64,000 nucleotides of DNA, taken from NCBI RefSeq assembly GCF_009914755.1, contig NC_060934.1. One strand, 5' to 3'. Below are positions 13,296 through 26,700 of this stretch, in pieces. The position numbers and the translations under genes are program-made. The notes beneath the pieces were generated by a model. It saw only the letters and a program-made list of their open reading frames with translations. It searched no databases and had not been told where the DNA came from. The DNA comes from the human T2T-CHM13v2.0 reference genome, Homo sapiens. Position 1 is the stretch's first letter, and the number at the start of each line of letters is the position of its first letter.

Positions 13296-13864
13296 TTCCT
13301 TAATGGAAGTAGCATGGCATCGGCATCTCTCTCCTGCTGCTGAGCTCTTGTTCTGTTTCTTCTGCATACGACAGCTGTCCCCAAGATGCCTGTGGCCTTT
13401 GGGCTAACCCTTTCCTAAGGTTGACAGTGGAACCCACCCAAACCCAGCCCCCACACTGACCACCCCCTGAACTGCCCACAGATGGCCCAGCTCCAGTGGG
13501 CGGGGCCCAAGAAAACCTGAATTCTTACCAGGCCGCCGGCTTCTGATCTCAAACCCAGCAGATGGTTCTAGAAGTGCTCTGGCCACTTGGCACCAAGGAG
13601 GAGCTGGGTGACAAGGGCTCGAGCCAGTGCCAGCACCATGACACCAAACGGCGCATTTGCAGGTCCCACCTGCCCGGTCTTATACAGAAGAGGCGGGCTC
13701 TGCAGAGGGAGCCTTTCTGGCTGTCCAGGCTTCGCCATGCCAGGCACATGCTGGAACGTGGGGTAGCCAGTGAGGCACAGCGGCCCTTGCACCTCAGAAC
13801 TGGGATTCCCGATCTGGGACCCAAGACCTCTTCTGTCTCCCTCGACCTGCTTGCCTTAGCTGTT

Positions 13865-13957
13865 AGAATGAGCAGGGCTTACTCTGAGATGTTTGTTTTA
13901 AAAATAAAGGTAAAAATAAATTTTAAAAATAAATAAATAAATAGAATGAGCAGGGCT
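13865..13957 (+). mobile_element. Very short TPRT-type insertion flanked by a 15-bp TSD (AGAATGAGCAGGGCT)
   Basis: Perfect direct repeats at 13865-13879 and 13943-13957 around a ~63-nt insert ending in an A-rich tail. Confidence 0.65.
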
Positions 13958-15292
13958 GGGACTCAGCCAACACCCTATTGATGATATATGACCTTAAACA
14001 GGCCACTCTGAGCCTCGGTGTCTTCATCTGTAAATGAGATCACACCTCAGTGATGTGGCTGCTGGAGGATTCAGTGGGAACTCATGGGCCACCCAGCACA
14101 GAGGCCTTGGCTTTGAGCAGGGGCCTGGCCTTGACCTCACACCCATTCACACCCAGCCCTGCCTGGAGCCACACTCCAGCCAGGCCTGGAGCCTGGGGAA
14201 GAATCTGCTTACTGGGGGACCCTGTGGAATTGGACAGAGAGAAAGAGGGGCCGGCTGGCAATGAGGGTGGGATGAGGAAGGGGCTCTCCCAGGATGGAAG
14301 AATGGGGGTACTCATGGCCGAGGATTTGCCGACCAGGCGGGTAGCCCTCAAGGGCAGAAGATGCAGGGGTGGGGCAGGAAATGCTCTGATCTCAGAACAG
14401 GGATGGGGAGGACCTCCCCGCAGGGCCCAGCTCTGTCTCTGGGGCTTTCACCACTCCAGAAACTCCACTGTCCGAGCCAGCCTCCAGGCAGACAGAAGCT
14501 GCCGTCTCTCCTGGGACAGGTAGGGTATCAGTGGGAGAAACTCCAGCCCCACAGCTCCGGCCCCCCTCACCATTTACACTGCCCTGCCCAGCAGCTTTGG
14601 CCCCTTCCCAGGCAGATGGGCTGGGCTGGGCAGGAGGAGTACCCACCTCTTACCTCCTCCACACCTTTCAGGCCTGTGCCCGTCCTGTCCACACCAGACA
14701 ACCGTGGATTTGGTGAGGGGACCAAAAGAGCCTCCATCTAACTCATTTTCAGGAAAGGCTCAAAGCCAGCATCCCTGGGCCCCAGAGAGCTCCAGGCCAC
14801 AACCCCTGTGGGAGGCAGTCCTTAAAGCTGTTAGGATCCACCTGCCATACCCAGAGACCGTGAAGAGGAGGGAGAGCTGGGGCCCTGGGAACAGACCCTT
14901 GAGCCACAGCATGGCAGGGCTCCTGGTACCACTTTGCCCAGCAGTTTGCCAAGCCAAACATTGCCCAGGCCTGGGCCAGTTGTCATGGGGCCTTGGCTTG
15001 GCTATCTTGGGGGAGAGAGCAGGAAAAGCCCATTCAGCAGGCCATGGGGTGAGATCTAGAGTTTGCACTCTAGGGGCATCAACTACTGGCAGGTAAACCA
15101 CAAGGCGCAGAAGGCTTGGGTCAGCACCTCTCATGCTTCAGGAGTTCTGACTCATTTGGAATCTTGATAAACTAGAATCTGATTCAGTGGGTGTGGGGTA
15201 GGGCACAGCCCGTGCTTCTGAGTGCTCCTGGGCGAAGCCACTGGTCCTCAGACAACACTTTGAGCAGAGAGACCTTAGAAAGCCCCAAACCT

Positions 15293-15667
<375 letters not shown>

Positions 15668-15715
15668 TTATTAATACTCACCAACATTTGCCCTGCCCTT
15701 GAGGGGAACTGATAC

Positions 15716-15895
15716 CAGTAGTTTTCAAAGTCTGACACCCTCACCACTACAGGCTGCAGCAGCAGCCCTGTGAACTTCTGAGAGATCCAGGTTCCTGCTC
15801 CCCGTGCCAAGCCTATTGAGTTAGGAGTCTGGGTGGGACCTATGAACAGGACCCCCAGGTGACTGGGGTGCACACTCCAGTTTGAGGCCCACTGG
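15716..15895. mobile_element. MER5A-like hAT MITE
   Basis: cagtagttttcaaagt ... ccccaggtgact...agtttgaggcccactg termini. Confidence 0.6.
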
Positions 15896-16746
15896 TTTAC
15901 AAAGCGCTTTCATCTCATTGAGGACGCTTAGGGCAAAGCAGCCACTGATCTTCCTGCCGATGGCTTTTCAGAGTCACAGAGGGCTGAAGAGAGTGAGGCT
16001 CTTACCTGCAAATGGAAGCAGGTGGGTACAATTGGCTACCACTGTTCTTAAACAAAAGGAAAGAGGATACGACATAGAATCCTACTGTCATATTTTTAAT
16101 GAAAAGATAAACCAAAAAAAGGAAAAAAGTTACCTACAGGGAGAGGGAAGCCACCAGGGGAGGAGAGTGAGAGACAGATATAAAAGCCAGTCTGCTCAGA
16201 AATGTGCCTTGTCTTGTAGATTTGACTTTGCAAGCACACGTCAAATAAAACACAAATCCAGACTCAGTGGGGAGAGAACTATTTGAAAGATTTTTGCAAG
16301 GGAGGAAAGGGGCTACTGCAACAGGGGCTGGGATGGAGAGCACTGCAAAACGCAGAAGGCTTGACCATGCCATCTGCAAGGGTCTTGAGGGTTAGGCGAA
16401 AAGATGATCTCTTTTGTAGAAAGAACAAGGCTAGAAAGAGCCAGGTGTGGAAAGTGGGATGAAAGGGTGATGTGATTAGATAAATAGATCAGAAAATGTC
16501 ACCCTGAGGCAGCCTCTGCTCTGGAGGGGCTGCCTGCAGGCTCAGGCTGAGTTGGTCAAAGTTCAGAGTCCAGGAAGAAGGAGTGAAACTTACCCAAGTC
16601 TGGCTAGCAAGCATTTTGTTTCCATGGATCAGTGGGAACAGGCCGTTCAGCTAATCATTTATGAGGCAAAGAATGGGAATTTGGAGGGTCTGTGTCTGGC
16701 CTTTCATAGATAAATAAGGGGGACATCCCTCGGCCTTATGGAAGTC

Positions 16747-17105
16747 TGATGTGGTTGTCTGTGTCCCCACCCAAATCTCGAATTGTAATTCCCATAATTC
16801 CCACATGTTGTGGGAGGGACCCAGTGGGAGGTAATTGAATCATGGGGGCGGGTCTTCCCCATGCTGTTCTAGTGATAGTGAATAAGTCTCATGAGATCTG
16901 TTGGTTTTATAAAGGGGAGTTCTGCTGCACACACTCTCTCTTGCCTGCCACCATGTAAGATGTGCCTTTGCTCCTCCTTGCCTTCCACCATGGTTGTGAG
17001 GCCTCCCCAGCTATGTGGAACTGTGAGTCTATTGAACCTCTTTCCTTTACAAATTACCCAGTCTCAGGTATGTCTTTATTAGCAATGTGAGAACAGACTA
17101 ATACA
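16747..17105 (+). mobile_element. THE1-type MaLR solo LTR
   Basis: TGAT...tgtgtccccacccaaatctc start, ...gaacagactaataCA end, 5-bp TSD AAGTC on both sides. Confidence 0.93.
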
Positions 17106-17167
17106 AAGTCATATGGGGAAAGGTGGTTTTTTGCAGCATGTTGTTTTCCTGGAAAACAAAAATGTGA

Positions 17168-17497
<330 letters not shown>

Positions 17498-18215
17498 AGG
17501 GGGAATTCCTTTAATCTTCACTGTTTTCCAGGAGCACCGGGCTCAAGTAAAATTCACTATTGTCATATGTAATATATGTTTTTGATAATTGTAAAACAAA
17601 ACTAAAAATTTTTTATAGCAGCCCCTATAAACCAGAAGACAAATGGAAGAAACAAATCTGTTCATATGCAGGTGGTGGCATAATCACACAGAGACCATCC
17701 CCAAGTGACTTTAAGGCACAGAAATGTGACTGTAGGTTCCCAAAGAGGGGCATGCCCTAAAGACAAAAAGAGTTGCCAAAAAAATCTTAAGCCATTTTCA
17801 CTAAACATATTGTCAGTAATAACGTGGATGTTATTATTCCTCAACTAATGTATATTATAGGGCAAAACATCTAATTCTGTTAATGTAATTAAGAGCAAAG
17901 ATTTTTCAATGTAAGAAAAAATAAAAAAATAAAATAATATCAAAGAAGAAAAGCCTTTTAATCCAACCCAAAATAAGCTTTCTCTTTATAAAATAGGCAT
18001 CCATGAGAACTTTGGCTCCTTGAGACAACACCATTGACTCCCCGTGAGTGTTCAGGACTTTTTCCTGGCCACGGGAGATGGAGGAGTACTGGACTTTGAT
18101 GACGGGGAGGTTCCTTCCAGTTCCAACATTCTGCCAGACTTATGCAGCTCGTTCTATCTTTGCCTCCCACTTTACCTCCCTTTTATTTTCTCTTTGATAT
18201 AAGGATTGCCATTTC

Positions 18216-18524
<309 letters not shown>

Positions 18525-18643
18525 ATTGCCATTTCTAAAAATAATAATAATAAATGAAGGGATGAATGAAGGGTGAAAAATATCGGGGGTACCATTTACA
18601 TTGTACTGTAGTACTCCTTGGAGTTATGCTATTCAGATGTTCT

Positions 18644-19170
18644 AGGATGGATGGATGGTTGAATGGACGGGTAGAAGCAAGGAATGAAGGAGGGAAGGAA
18701 TGTAGGAGACGAAGGAATGTAGGAGGCGAAGGAAAGAAGGAAGGGAAGGGAACGGAAGGAGGAAGGAAGGGAGGGAGGGAAGGAAGGAAAAGGAAAGGAA
18801 GATCCATGAGTATGAATGAATAGATGGTTAGATGGAAGGAAGCAAGGATGGGTAGGTGGTAGATGGGTGGATGGGTAAAAAGGTGGGTAGGTGGGTAGAT
18901 GGATTGGATGAGTGGATAGAAGGAAGGAAAGGTGGGGGGTGGATGGATGGATAGATGAATGGATGGATGGATGGTTAAATGGATGGAAGGAAGGGTGGGT
19001 GGGTGGTGGATGGATGGATGGGTGGGTGGATGGATGGATGGATATATAAAAAGATGAGTAGGTAGGTAGATGGATGGATGTGTGGATGGATAGAGGAATA
19101 GATGGATGAATGGATGGCTCAATGGACAGATGGATAGAAGAAAGGAAAAGTGGATGACAGTTGGATGGGT
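18644..19170. repeat. Degenerate (GGAA)n/(GGAT)n/(GGGT)n low-complexity tract
   Basis: About 520 bp of ggatggatgg, gaaggaagg and ggtgggtgg units. Confidence 0.95.
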
Positions 19171-20897
19171 GGCCATGGTCCTATGAACAAGTTACGCTCT
19201 ATATACAGACCCAGTGGAGGATACACTTCTGCAAAGGAGCACCTGTGCAAAGCAGACCTTCCCCAGAGAATGTCCAAACCTTTGCCTGGTATCTTGTATT
19301 TATGCAGGTGGCACTTGGCCCAGCAGAATCAGGTATGGAGGGTGGTTATTTAACCAAGGTCTACAGCTCTTGATATGGCAGCCCCTGACCTTCAAGCACT
19401 TCTGTGTAGCAGTGCCCAATGCAATGATGTGGGACAGAGCGCACATTCTGAACTCTATATAGAAGGGTTGGGTCAATGCTGGTCACCATAGTGACGCCAT
19501 TTCTGCTCTTAAGGATCTGGTAAAGACACTCGGGATGGAACAGGGTTTCACTACTCCTTCTGGATAACTACAGTGAGTCAGGGAGTAAGAGAGAAGTATT
19601 AGAATTAAGTCTGAAGTCCCCTCAGGGCACCAGAGAACCCTGGCAGGAGATTTTGTCCCCAGCCCTCGGCAGAAAGGAGAGGAGCTTAGTGCTCAACTCC
19701 CCACAGAGACTCACCTGCACACCTGTATGCCGTCCAGACCTGGCTCAGGGGAGGGGATGCTGTCAGGAGAAGGTTCCAGCCAGGTGACCCCATGACCTAG
19801 CTGCCAGCTCTGCTCCCGCCACCACTTGTGGACTCCCCAAGGCAGCGGCTGGCTCTCCACCCAGCTCCAGACACAGACTGGTCCCTGAGCGAGAATCCGT
19901 TTCTGTGAAGGAGAAAGCGTTAAGTGGGCCACGCCCTCACCCCTTCCTCTCAGCCTGGGCATCCCGAGGCTCCCACAAGCTCACTGCAGGCGTGCACTTG
20001 AGGCCAGTGTGTTTTCCTGGGAGCAAACCTCCTCCTTCCTGTGAGGTCCTTCAGGGCACTGAGAAGTCCCACCCAGTCTCATGGGGACCCACTCGGGATG
20101 TTTTTTGCTTTTTCTAAGAGAAGCCAAATGTCTCCTTTAATGGAGAACTACCATAAAAAACTTCTCTTAAAAATGCTTGCTTTTTCTGAGTTATCAGAAT
20201 TAACCCAGAAAGAGGTCACAAACGGGTTAGGTCCATTAGCCACTCAGAGTAACTAAGTAATTTGCAAGAGAACTAACAGCCTGGGTGTCCTCAGTGTTCC
20301 TGGGCCAGGCCAGCTTCCCCGGCAGGCAGAGGTGCACTGTCATCAGGAGGCATGAGCGGTTTGCTGCTGGGTCACGCCCTGTGGTCTGCTTGTTGGGGAA
20401 ACCACCCACCCCGACATCCACCCTGCCCAGCAAGCCTGGCGGTGGCCATGGTCCTGCCAGCGGGTGCTGCCCCTCTTTGCTCACATGTGACTCACAGCTC
20501 CCATAACACAGTAAGAGCTTCCCAAGGCACAGCCAGGGCACCAAGCTAGGTATGGGCTGCAAGCATTTCCTTTTGCAATTAATAAACAAGAACTAGCACT
20601 TATAAACAGTCACCATCTACCCAAGTCTCACTATCTTCACAAACAACGCTCCATAAACTGAGGCTCTGAGGGGCTCTGTGTCTTATCCAAGTTGACTAAG
20701 CAAATGAGAGGCTGAAACTCACAGTTGTCTCCAGAGTCCCTGCTCTTTCTTCTCTGCATTGCCAGCTTCCTTTCTTCCGCTGGGAGAACAGCCATCAACC
20801 CAGCCGGCATCCCCAGCTCTCTGGGCCTTACAGTGGGTGGAATGTTCCTTCTGTAAAATAGGGAGCCAGGGGGCAGCTGGACCGACCTGGGTTCAGG

Positions 20898-21358
<461 letters not shown>

Positions 21359-21453
21359 TAACCAGATCCTGCCCCAAAGCACATTCAACATTTAGATTCT
21401 CAGACTCTACCCTAGGGAGTTCAAGGTGGCCCAGAAACCAACCACACTCCCAA

Positions 21454-21602
21454 GGCAGCCCAGAAACCGACCAGCAACAGGGGCTTTGGTTGAAACTTCC
21501 CTACGCGGCCCAGAAACCGACCAGCAACGGGGGCTTTGGGTGAAACTTCCCTAGGCGGCCCAGAAACCGACTAGCAGCGGGGCCTTTGGCTGAAACTTTC
21601 CT
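21454..21602. repeat. 50-bp tandem repeat, 3 copies plus a degenerate precursor at ~21428
   Basis: cagaaaccgaccagcaacRggggctttggKtgaaacttccctaSgcggcc at 21461, 21511 and 21561. Confidence 0.93.
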
Positions 21603-22500
21603 GCTGGACGCCATCGTCCTGGGCTCCTTGGGGAAAGCCCAGGGATGGGTGGCTAGAGTTCCAGTTGTTACTACATGGTGCCTGGATTGGGAGGAGAGTG
21701 GCTTCTTTGCCTCTGCTTGGATGGGCCTACTCTCAGCTTTATGGAGTATTCTTTGGAAGTTGTAGGCGACCATTCTCCTGCCATTGAGATCTCTGTCAGG
21801 CGGGTTGCTCCCTGCCCTGCCGTCAGTCCTCGAGCGGTTCTGTCTTCACCGAGTCTCTTCATCGTGAGTGCAATGAGCTTCAGAGAAAAGGAAATGTATT
21901 GGACTTTCACTTGGAACTCTAGGGCAGGGAGTGGCCTCGCAGGCTGGTGAGAACTGACCGGCCCTCTTTCTCATCTCTCTTGGGTCCACGGCGGTGGATA
22001 GGCCTCTTGAGTTTCTCCATCGTCCTGCATCTGGGAATGGCTTTCCCTGCTTCCCAGCACACACGATGGCCCCTCATCTCCCCCCCCACCCCCAGCTCCC
22101 AAGTTCACATCCTCTGGCCCAATCTGGGAAGGTGCCCCTCAAACCACCATGGAGTCAGCCATGGCCAGCAGAGCAGGGTAGGCTGGGCACTCACACTGGG
22201 ACAGCAGGCACATCTTAGGAGAGTGAGGGGGCTGCACACAGATGGGGAAGCCACAAAGACTCCCGGGATAGCAGGGACGAGGGGGGCCCCCAACTCACCT
22301 CAGTCAGAGGCAGGCAGAGAACGGCAGATCTGACTACTCCCTGCCTTCCCCACACACCCTCGCAGGGGAGGCAGGCCAGCTAGTACGCCCATGTGTGGGC
22401 TGAGTAAACAAGACACAGACACGGTCCCAAGACCACTGGCTTGTACATGGCAAAATTCAGCCCTGGTACCCAAGGCAGAGCCTGGAAGGGAGTAAGAGAG

Positions 22501-22686
22501 GAGGGACCAGAGCGAGGGAGGAGGGACCAGAGCGAGGGAGGAGGGAACAGAGCTAGGGGGGAGGGAACAGAGCGAGGGGGGAGGGAACAGAGCAAGGGGG
22601 GAGGGACCAGAGCGAGGGGGGAGGGACCAGAGCGAGGGGGGAGGGAACAGAGCGAGGGAGGAGGGAACAGAGTAAGGGAGGAGGGA
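22501..22686. repeat. 20-bp G/purine-rich minisatellite, 9 copies of GAGGGA(A/C)CAGAGCGAGGG(A/G)G
   Basis: Exact 20-nt period read directly. Confidence 0.95.
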
Positions 22687-23186
22687 TGGACCGGCTGGGG
22701 GAGCACAGGGTGTGCTTCATGGTTTCAAGCCAGGGCCCAGGTTCTCAACCCTGCTGCTCACCACAGTCACCTGAAGAATTTGCAGAACTAGGGCTGGTGG
22801 TGGCCCTGGTGGACACCATTAAGTCAGAACACCTAGGGGTGGGCTCAGCTGTGGTGTCTCAGTCTCAGCGCCTCTGCTGTAAAATGGGGACAATAACAGC
22901 CCTCCAACAAGGTTGTCGTGGGATTTAATGAGGTGACCTGGCAGGAGCGCTTCACCGGGGGCCTGGAGGTGGTAAGTGCCAAGAAACAGTGGCCATGTTC
23001 CTGTGGTCTCGAGTGATGTTACAACTCCCTGGCAAGGTGGGCAGTGGCACCCGCTATGGAGATGGGCACGCTGACCTGGTTGCTAAAGTGACTCACCCAA
23101 GGCCACACACGGAGGAAGCTGCAGCGCGAGGTTGTGGACCCAGCACCCTCTGACTGTGGAGTGTGACTGAGTTGAGTGTCCACACT

Positions 23187-23242
23187 GCTGCCTCGGTCTC
23201 CCAAAGTGCTGGGATTACAGGCATGAGTCACCACACCTGGCC
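23187..23242 (-). mobile_element. Alu 5' fragment
   Basis: gcctcggtctcccaaagtgctgggattacaggcatgagtcaccacacctggcc. Confidence 0.85.
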
Positions 23243-23339
23243 ATTTTAAATGTTTTATTAATGTACTGTATGCCAGCATGATATAGGTCAAAGAGTGTTA
23301 CAGTTCACAAACCACCTTTCCCCACCTGCCAGTCCTGCC

Positions 23340-23465
23340 CTCCAGCCCTGCCAACACCTGGATTTTAGAGTTCTGGCCTCCAGAACCGTGAGGTCATAAG
23401 GAGGTGTTGTTTTAAGCCACCGAGCTTGTGGTAATTTGTTACAGCAGCCACAGGAAACTAATACA
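23340..23465 (+). mobile_element. MLT1 (MaLR) LTR 3' fragment
   Basis: gccaacacctggattt...ctggcctccagaac...tttgttacagcagcc...actaataca. Confidence 0.75.
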
Positions 23466-23809
23466 ACATCCCTTTTTTAAAAAAAAAAAAAAGAAAATTT
23501 ATTTTATAAGCTCAACACTTTATAAGTCCTCAGATTTCCCTTGTTTATTTCCCTTTGGGCTTTGTGGGTTGTCAGTAAAGTTCCGTTGGAAAACCCTGCC
23601 AGCCTCCTTGAAGCCAAAAGAAACACAGAAGCAGGAGCCAGCTTTGCCCACGCTTGGCCAAGGAGAAGAAAGATCGGGGCCGGCAAGGGGCTGAGGGCGG
23701 GGCGCTTTGAGCCAAGAGAGCAGGTTAAGACCAGGCTCTGCAACCGACAGGTGCTATGACCTTAGAAAAGTTATTTACATTCCCTGGAACTAGAGCTTTT
23801 CATCTGTAA

Positions 23810-24030
23810 AATTCATTCAACATTCACTCCACAAATGGCTTATTAAGCTCTTTCCTACATGCCAGACACTGTTCCTGGTCCCAGAGATACAATGATGCAC
23901 GTACAAGGAAAAAGTCCCTGCTCTCATGGAGCATATATTATACAGGGGGAGGGGAGAAAACAAACAAGACATGTAAATAAATATATAGTATGCTTGTTAA
24001 AAACGCCAAGGAAAAAGCAATAAAGCAGGG
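23810..24030. mobile_element. L2 3'-end fragment
   Basis: cattcattcaac...catgccagacactgttc...ccctgctctcatggagc. Confidence 0.6.
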
Positions 24031-24810
24031 AGAAACAAGTGTCCTTCAGTAGGTGAATAGTTAACTAGCTTGCGGTCCATCCGTACCGTGGAATACTACT
24101 TAGTTAATAAAAAGGAATGAATTATTGATACACAACAATGTGGATGGAGCTCAAGAGAATTCTGCCAAGTGAAAGAAGTCAACCTCAAAAGATCACATAC
24201 CCTGAGCAACACAGGGAGACCCTGCCTCTAAAAGAAAAAAAAGTTAGCCAGATGTGATGGCATGCACCTGTAGTCCCAGCTATTCAGAAGGCTGAGACAG
24301 GATGATCACCTGAGCCTGGGAGTTCAAGGCTGCAGTGAGCCATGACTGCGGTACTGCATTCTAGCCTGGGTGACAGAGTGAGACACTGTTTGAAAAAAAA
24401 AGTCACATACCATATGATTCTATTTATATGTCATTCTCAGAATGTCAAAGTTATAGAGATAGGGAACAAATTGGAGGGGTTAGGGATAGGTGGGGTAGAG
24501 GGAGGTATGATTATAAAGAAGTAGAATGAGATCTTTGTGGTGATAGCATAGTTCTGTGCCTTGATTGCAGCGGCAGTTACACAAATGCACACATGTATTA
24601 AAATAGCATAAAACTACACACATATTGGACCAGTTGGAATAGTGTCCATTTCCTGGCCATGCTGTTGGATCCTAGCAATGTAAGATGCAAGCATTGGGGG
24701 AAACTGGGTGAAGAGTGCAAGGGTCCCTTCTGTACTATCTTTGCAACTTGCTGTGAACCTATAAGGTAGTATATTTGTAATATATTTCAAAATTAAAAGT
24801 TTTCAAAAAT
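24030..24810 (+). mobile_element. Old L1 (L1M) 3' fragment interrupted by a partial Alu (~24201-24401)
   Basis: gtggaatactact...aaaaggaatgaaatattgatacac...ccatatgattctatttatatg; an Alu right arm sits in the middle. Confidence 0.7.
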
Positions 24811-24910
24811 ATATGTAAGGCAATATAGACTAAACCAGGGAAGAAGGATAGGCACTATGTGGGTAGCAGGTGTTAAAATTTTGGACAGTGCCTAACAATA
24901 TGTTACTACT

Positions 24911-25259
24911 TGTATTAGTTTGTTCTCATGCTGCTAATAAAGACATACCCAAGACTGGGTAATTTATAAAGGAAAGAGGTTTAATGGACTCACAGTTCCA
25001 CATGGCTGGGGAGGTCTCACAATCATGTGGAAGGCAAAGGAGAAGTAAAGGTACGTCTAACCTGGTGGCAGGCAAGAGAGCTTGTGTGGGGAACTCCCAT
25101 TTATAAAACCATCAGAGCTTGTGAGACTTACTACAACGAGAACAGTGTGGGGGAAACTACCCCATGATTCAATTATCTCCACCTGGCCCTTCCCTTGACA
25201 TGTGAGAATTATTACAATTCAAGGTGAGCTTTTGGTGGGGACACAGCCAAACCATATTA
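24911..25259 (-). mobile_element. THE1-type MaLR solo LTR
   Basis: TGTATTAG...gggacacagccaaaccatatta (reverse THE1); TSD CTACT on both sides. Confidence 0.93.
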
Positions 25260-25676
25260 CTACTTCAGAGGACAGGTGGATGGTTTAAATGAGATACGAT
25301 ATGAACTTGGAATGCTGTTCATACTCAATAAATGCTAGTTTATGATTCTTTTTACTGGGGAGTTTAGTGTTGTGTTATATTTAAATAACTCAGTTTTTTG
25401 GTTGAAGGAAACCTGTGTATAAAAAAATAAAAATATTAAAATTAAATAAATAAGAAACTCAGCTTTTTAGATGTCACAATAGTATGGTGGTTATGTTTTT
25501 TTAAGTTCATCATTTTTGGAGACGCACATTGAAATATCTGCCAATGATATGATATGAGGTCTGGGATTTCAAAATAAAACAGAACGCAAAATGATTGGTT
25601 GTGGTTGGGCAGTACTGGTGATGGTTTGGTGGGTGCTGGGCTACGCCTTGGTGGGCTGAGTTACAAAGGTGGTAAT

Positions 25677-25790
25677 TGTGATGGTTAATTTTAAATATTA
25701 ACTTGACTGGGATAAGGGATGCCTAAATATTAATAGCTGATAAAATATTTCTGGGTGTGTCTTTGAAGTTGTTTCTAGAAGGGATTACTC
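25677..25790 (+). mobile_element. MLT2 (ERVL) LTR 5' fragment
   Basis: tgtgatggttaatttt...aacttgactggg...tttctgggtgtgtct. Confidence 0.6.
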
Positions 25791-26569
25791 AATATATAAT
25801 ATTAATATTGCTATTTATCTCAGGTTCTCTAGAAGCAGAACCTGAGATGGAAATTCTGATGCAAGTGATTTATTGAGGGAGGGAGGAAAGCAGGACAGGC
25901 CCTGGAGGAAGCTGGGGAAAGATGTGGCTTCATGAGAAGCCCAGCCTCAACCTAACCCCAAAAGGACCTTTAGGGCATAAATTACAGCTCAGAGGTCAAA
26001 CAGCAGGTGTTATGCTTCTGCATCAATCAGTCATTGGCCATGGGCATCAGGGGAGGGGCAGCTGCAACCTCCCAGGCATCTTGGTGGAAAAGAATGACTT
26101 GACCGATTAGTGATGTCTGCAATGGATGTGAGAGGGGAAATGGTGGCTGTGTATATGCTTGTAGTCTTGAGGACTGCTCAGACCTTTCTAACATACCTCT
26201 CTAGAATTCTAACAGGTAACCATTTCCTCATTCATTCACCACATATTGACTGAGGGACTACTGAGTGCTAAGTTCTGGACCTTTTGCAGGGCCTTCAAGG
26301 AACTTACTGTCTGGGAGGGAAAGGAAGACACAGGCATAGAGAAAATGTGCCAAGCCATATGAAAGGGCACAGGGTAAAAGCTCTAAGCCCACCTCATCAC
26401 TGACAGCTGTTCAATGAGGTCAGTCAGGAAGGACTGTTTCCCAGCAATACAAAAATTCCAAAATTAAATTTAAACAGTTAAATCCCTGGGTTTTGCTCAT
26501 TCTTCTTACATATGTCCAACTCTCCGGGCTTCCTCCATGGTTTCCAGGTGGCACATAACATGTTCACTG

Positions 26570-26700
26570 AAAGCTCCAGCTCTGGACCCAGAGAGACCTG
26601 GGATTGAATGCCGGCTCTGCCACTTACTAGATTGTGTGACCTTGGGCAAGTCACTTAACTCTGAGTCTGTTTCCTCAACTAATAAACTGATCTAACAACA
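26570..26700. mobile_element. MIR fragment
   Basis: gctctgccacttactag...tgtgaccttgggcaagtcacttaac...tctgtttcctca MIR core. Confidence 0.75.

Larger units (their letters stand above)
8640..13320 (+). other. GRK5: GRK5 3'UTR (short form ends ~9190; long form ends ~13315)
   Basis: Follows the stop codon. A U/A-rich block at 8900-9180 ends in ATTAAA; a distal AATAAA at 13290 is followed by a U/GU-rich tract. End positions are inferred. Confidence 0.75.

Noticed and set aside
18535-19176. 213-aa His/Pro/Ser-rich ORF
   Set aside because: Translation of the (ATCC)n/(TTCC)n low-complexity tract.
21428-22686. CRISPR-like appearance of the 50-bp and 20-bp repeats (and the 23-bp repeat at 4519)
   Set aside because: Head-to-tail tandem units without unique spacers, in human DNA with no cas genes; these are minisatellites.
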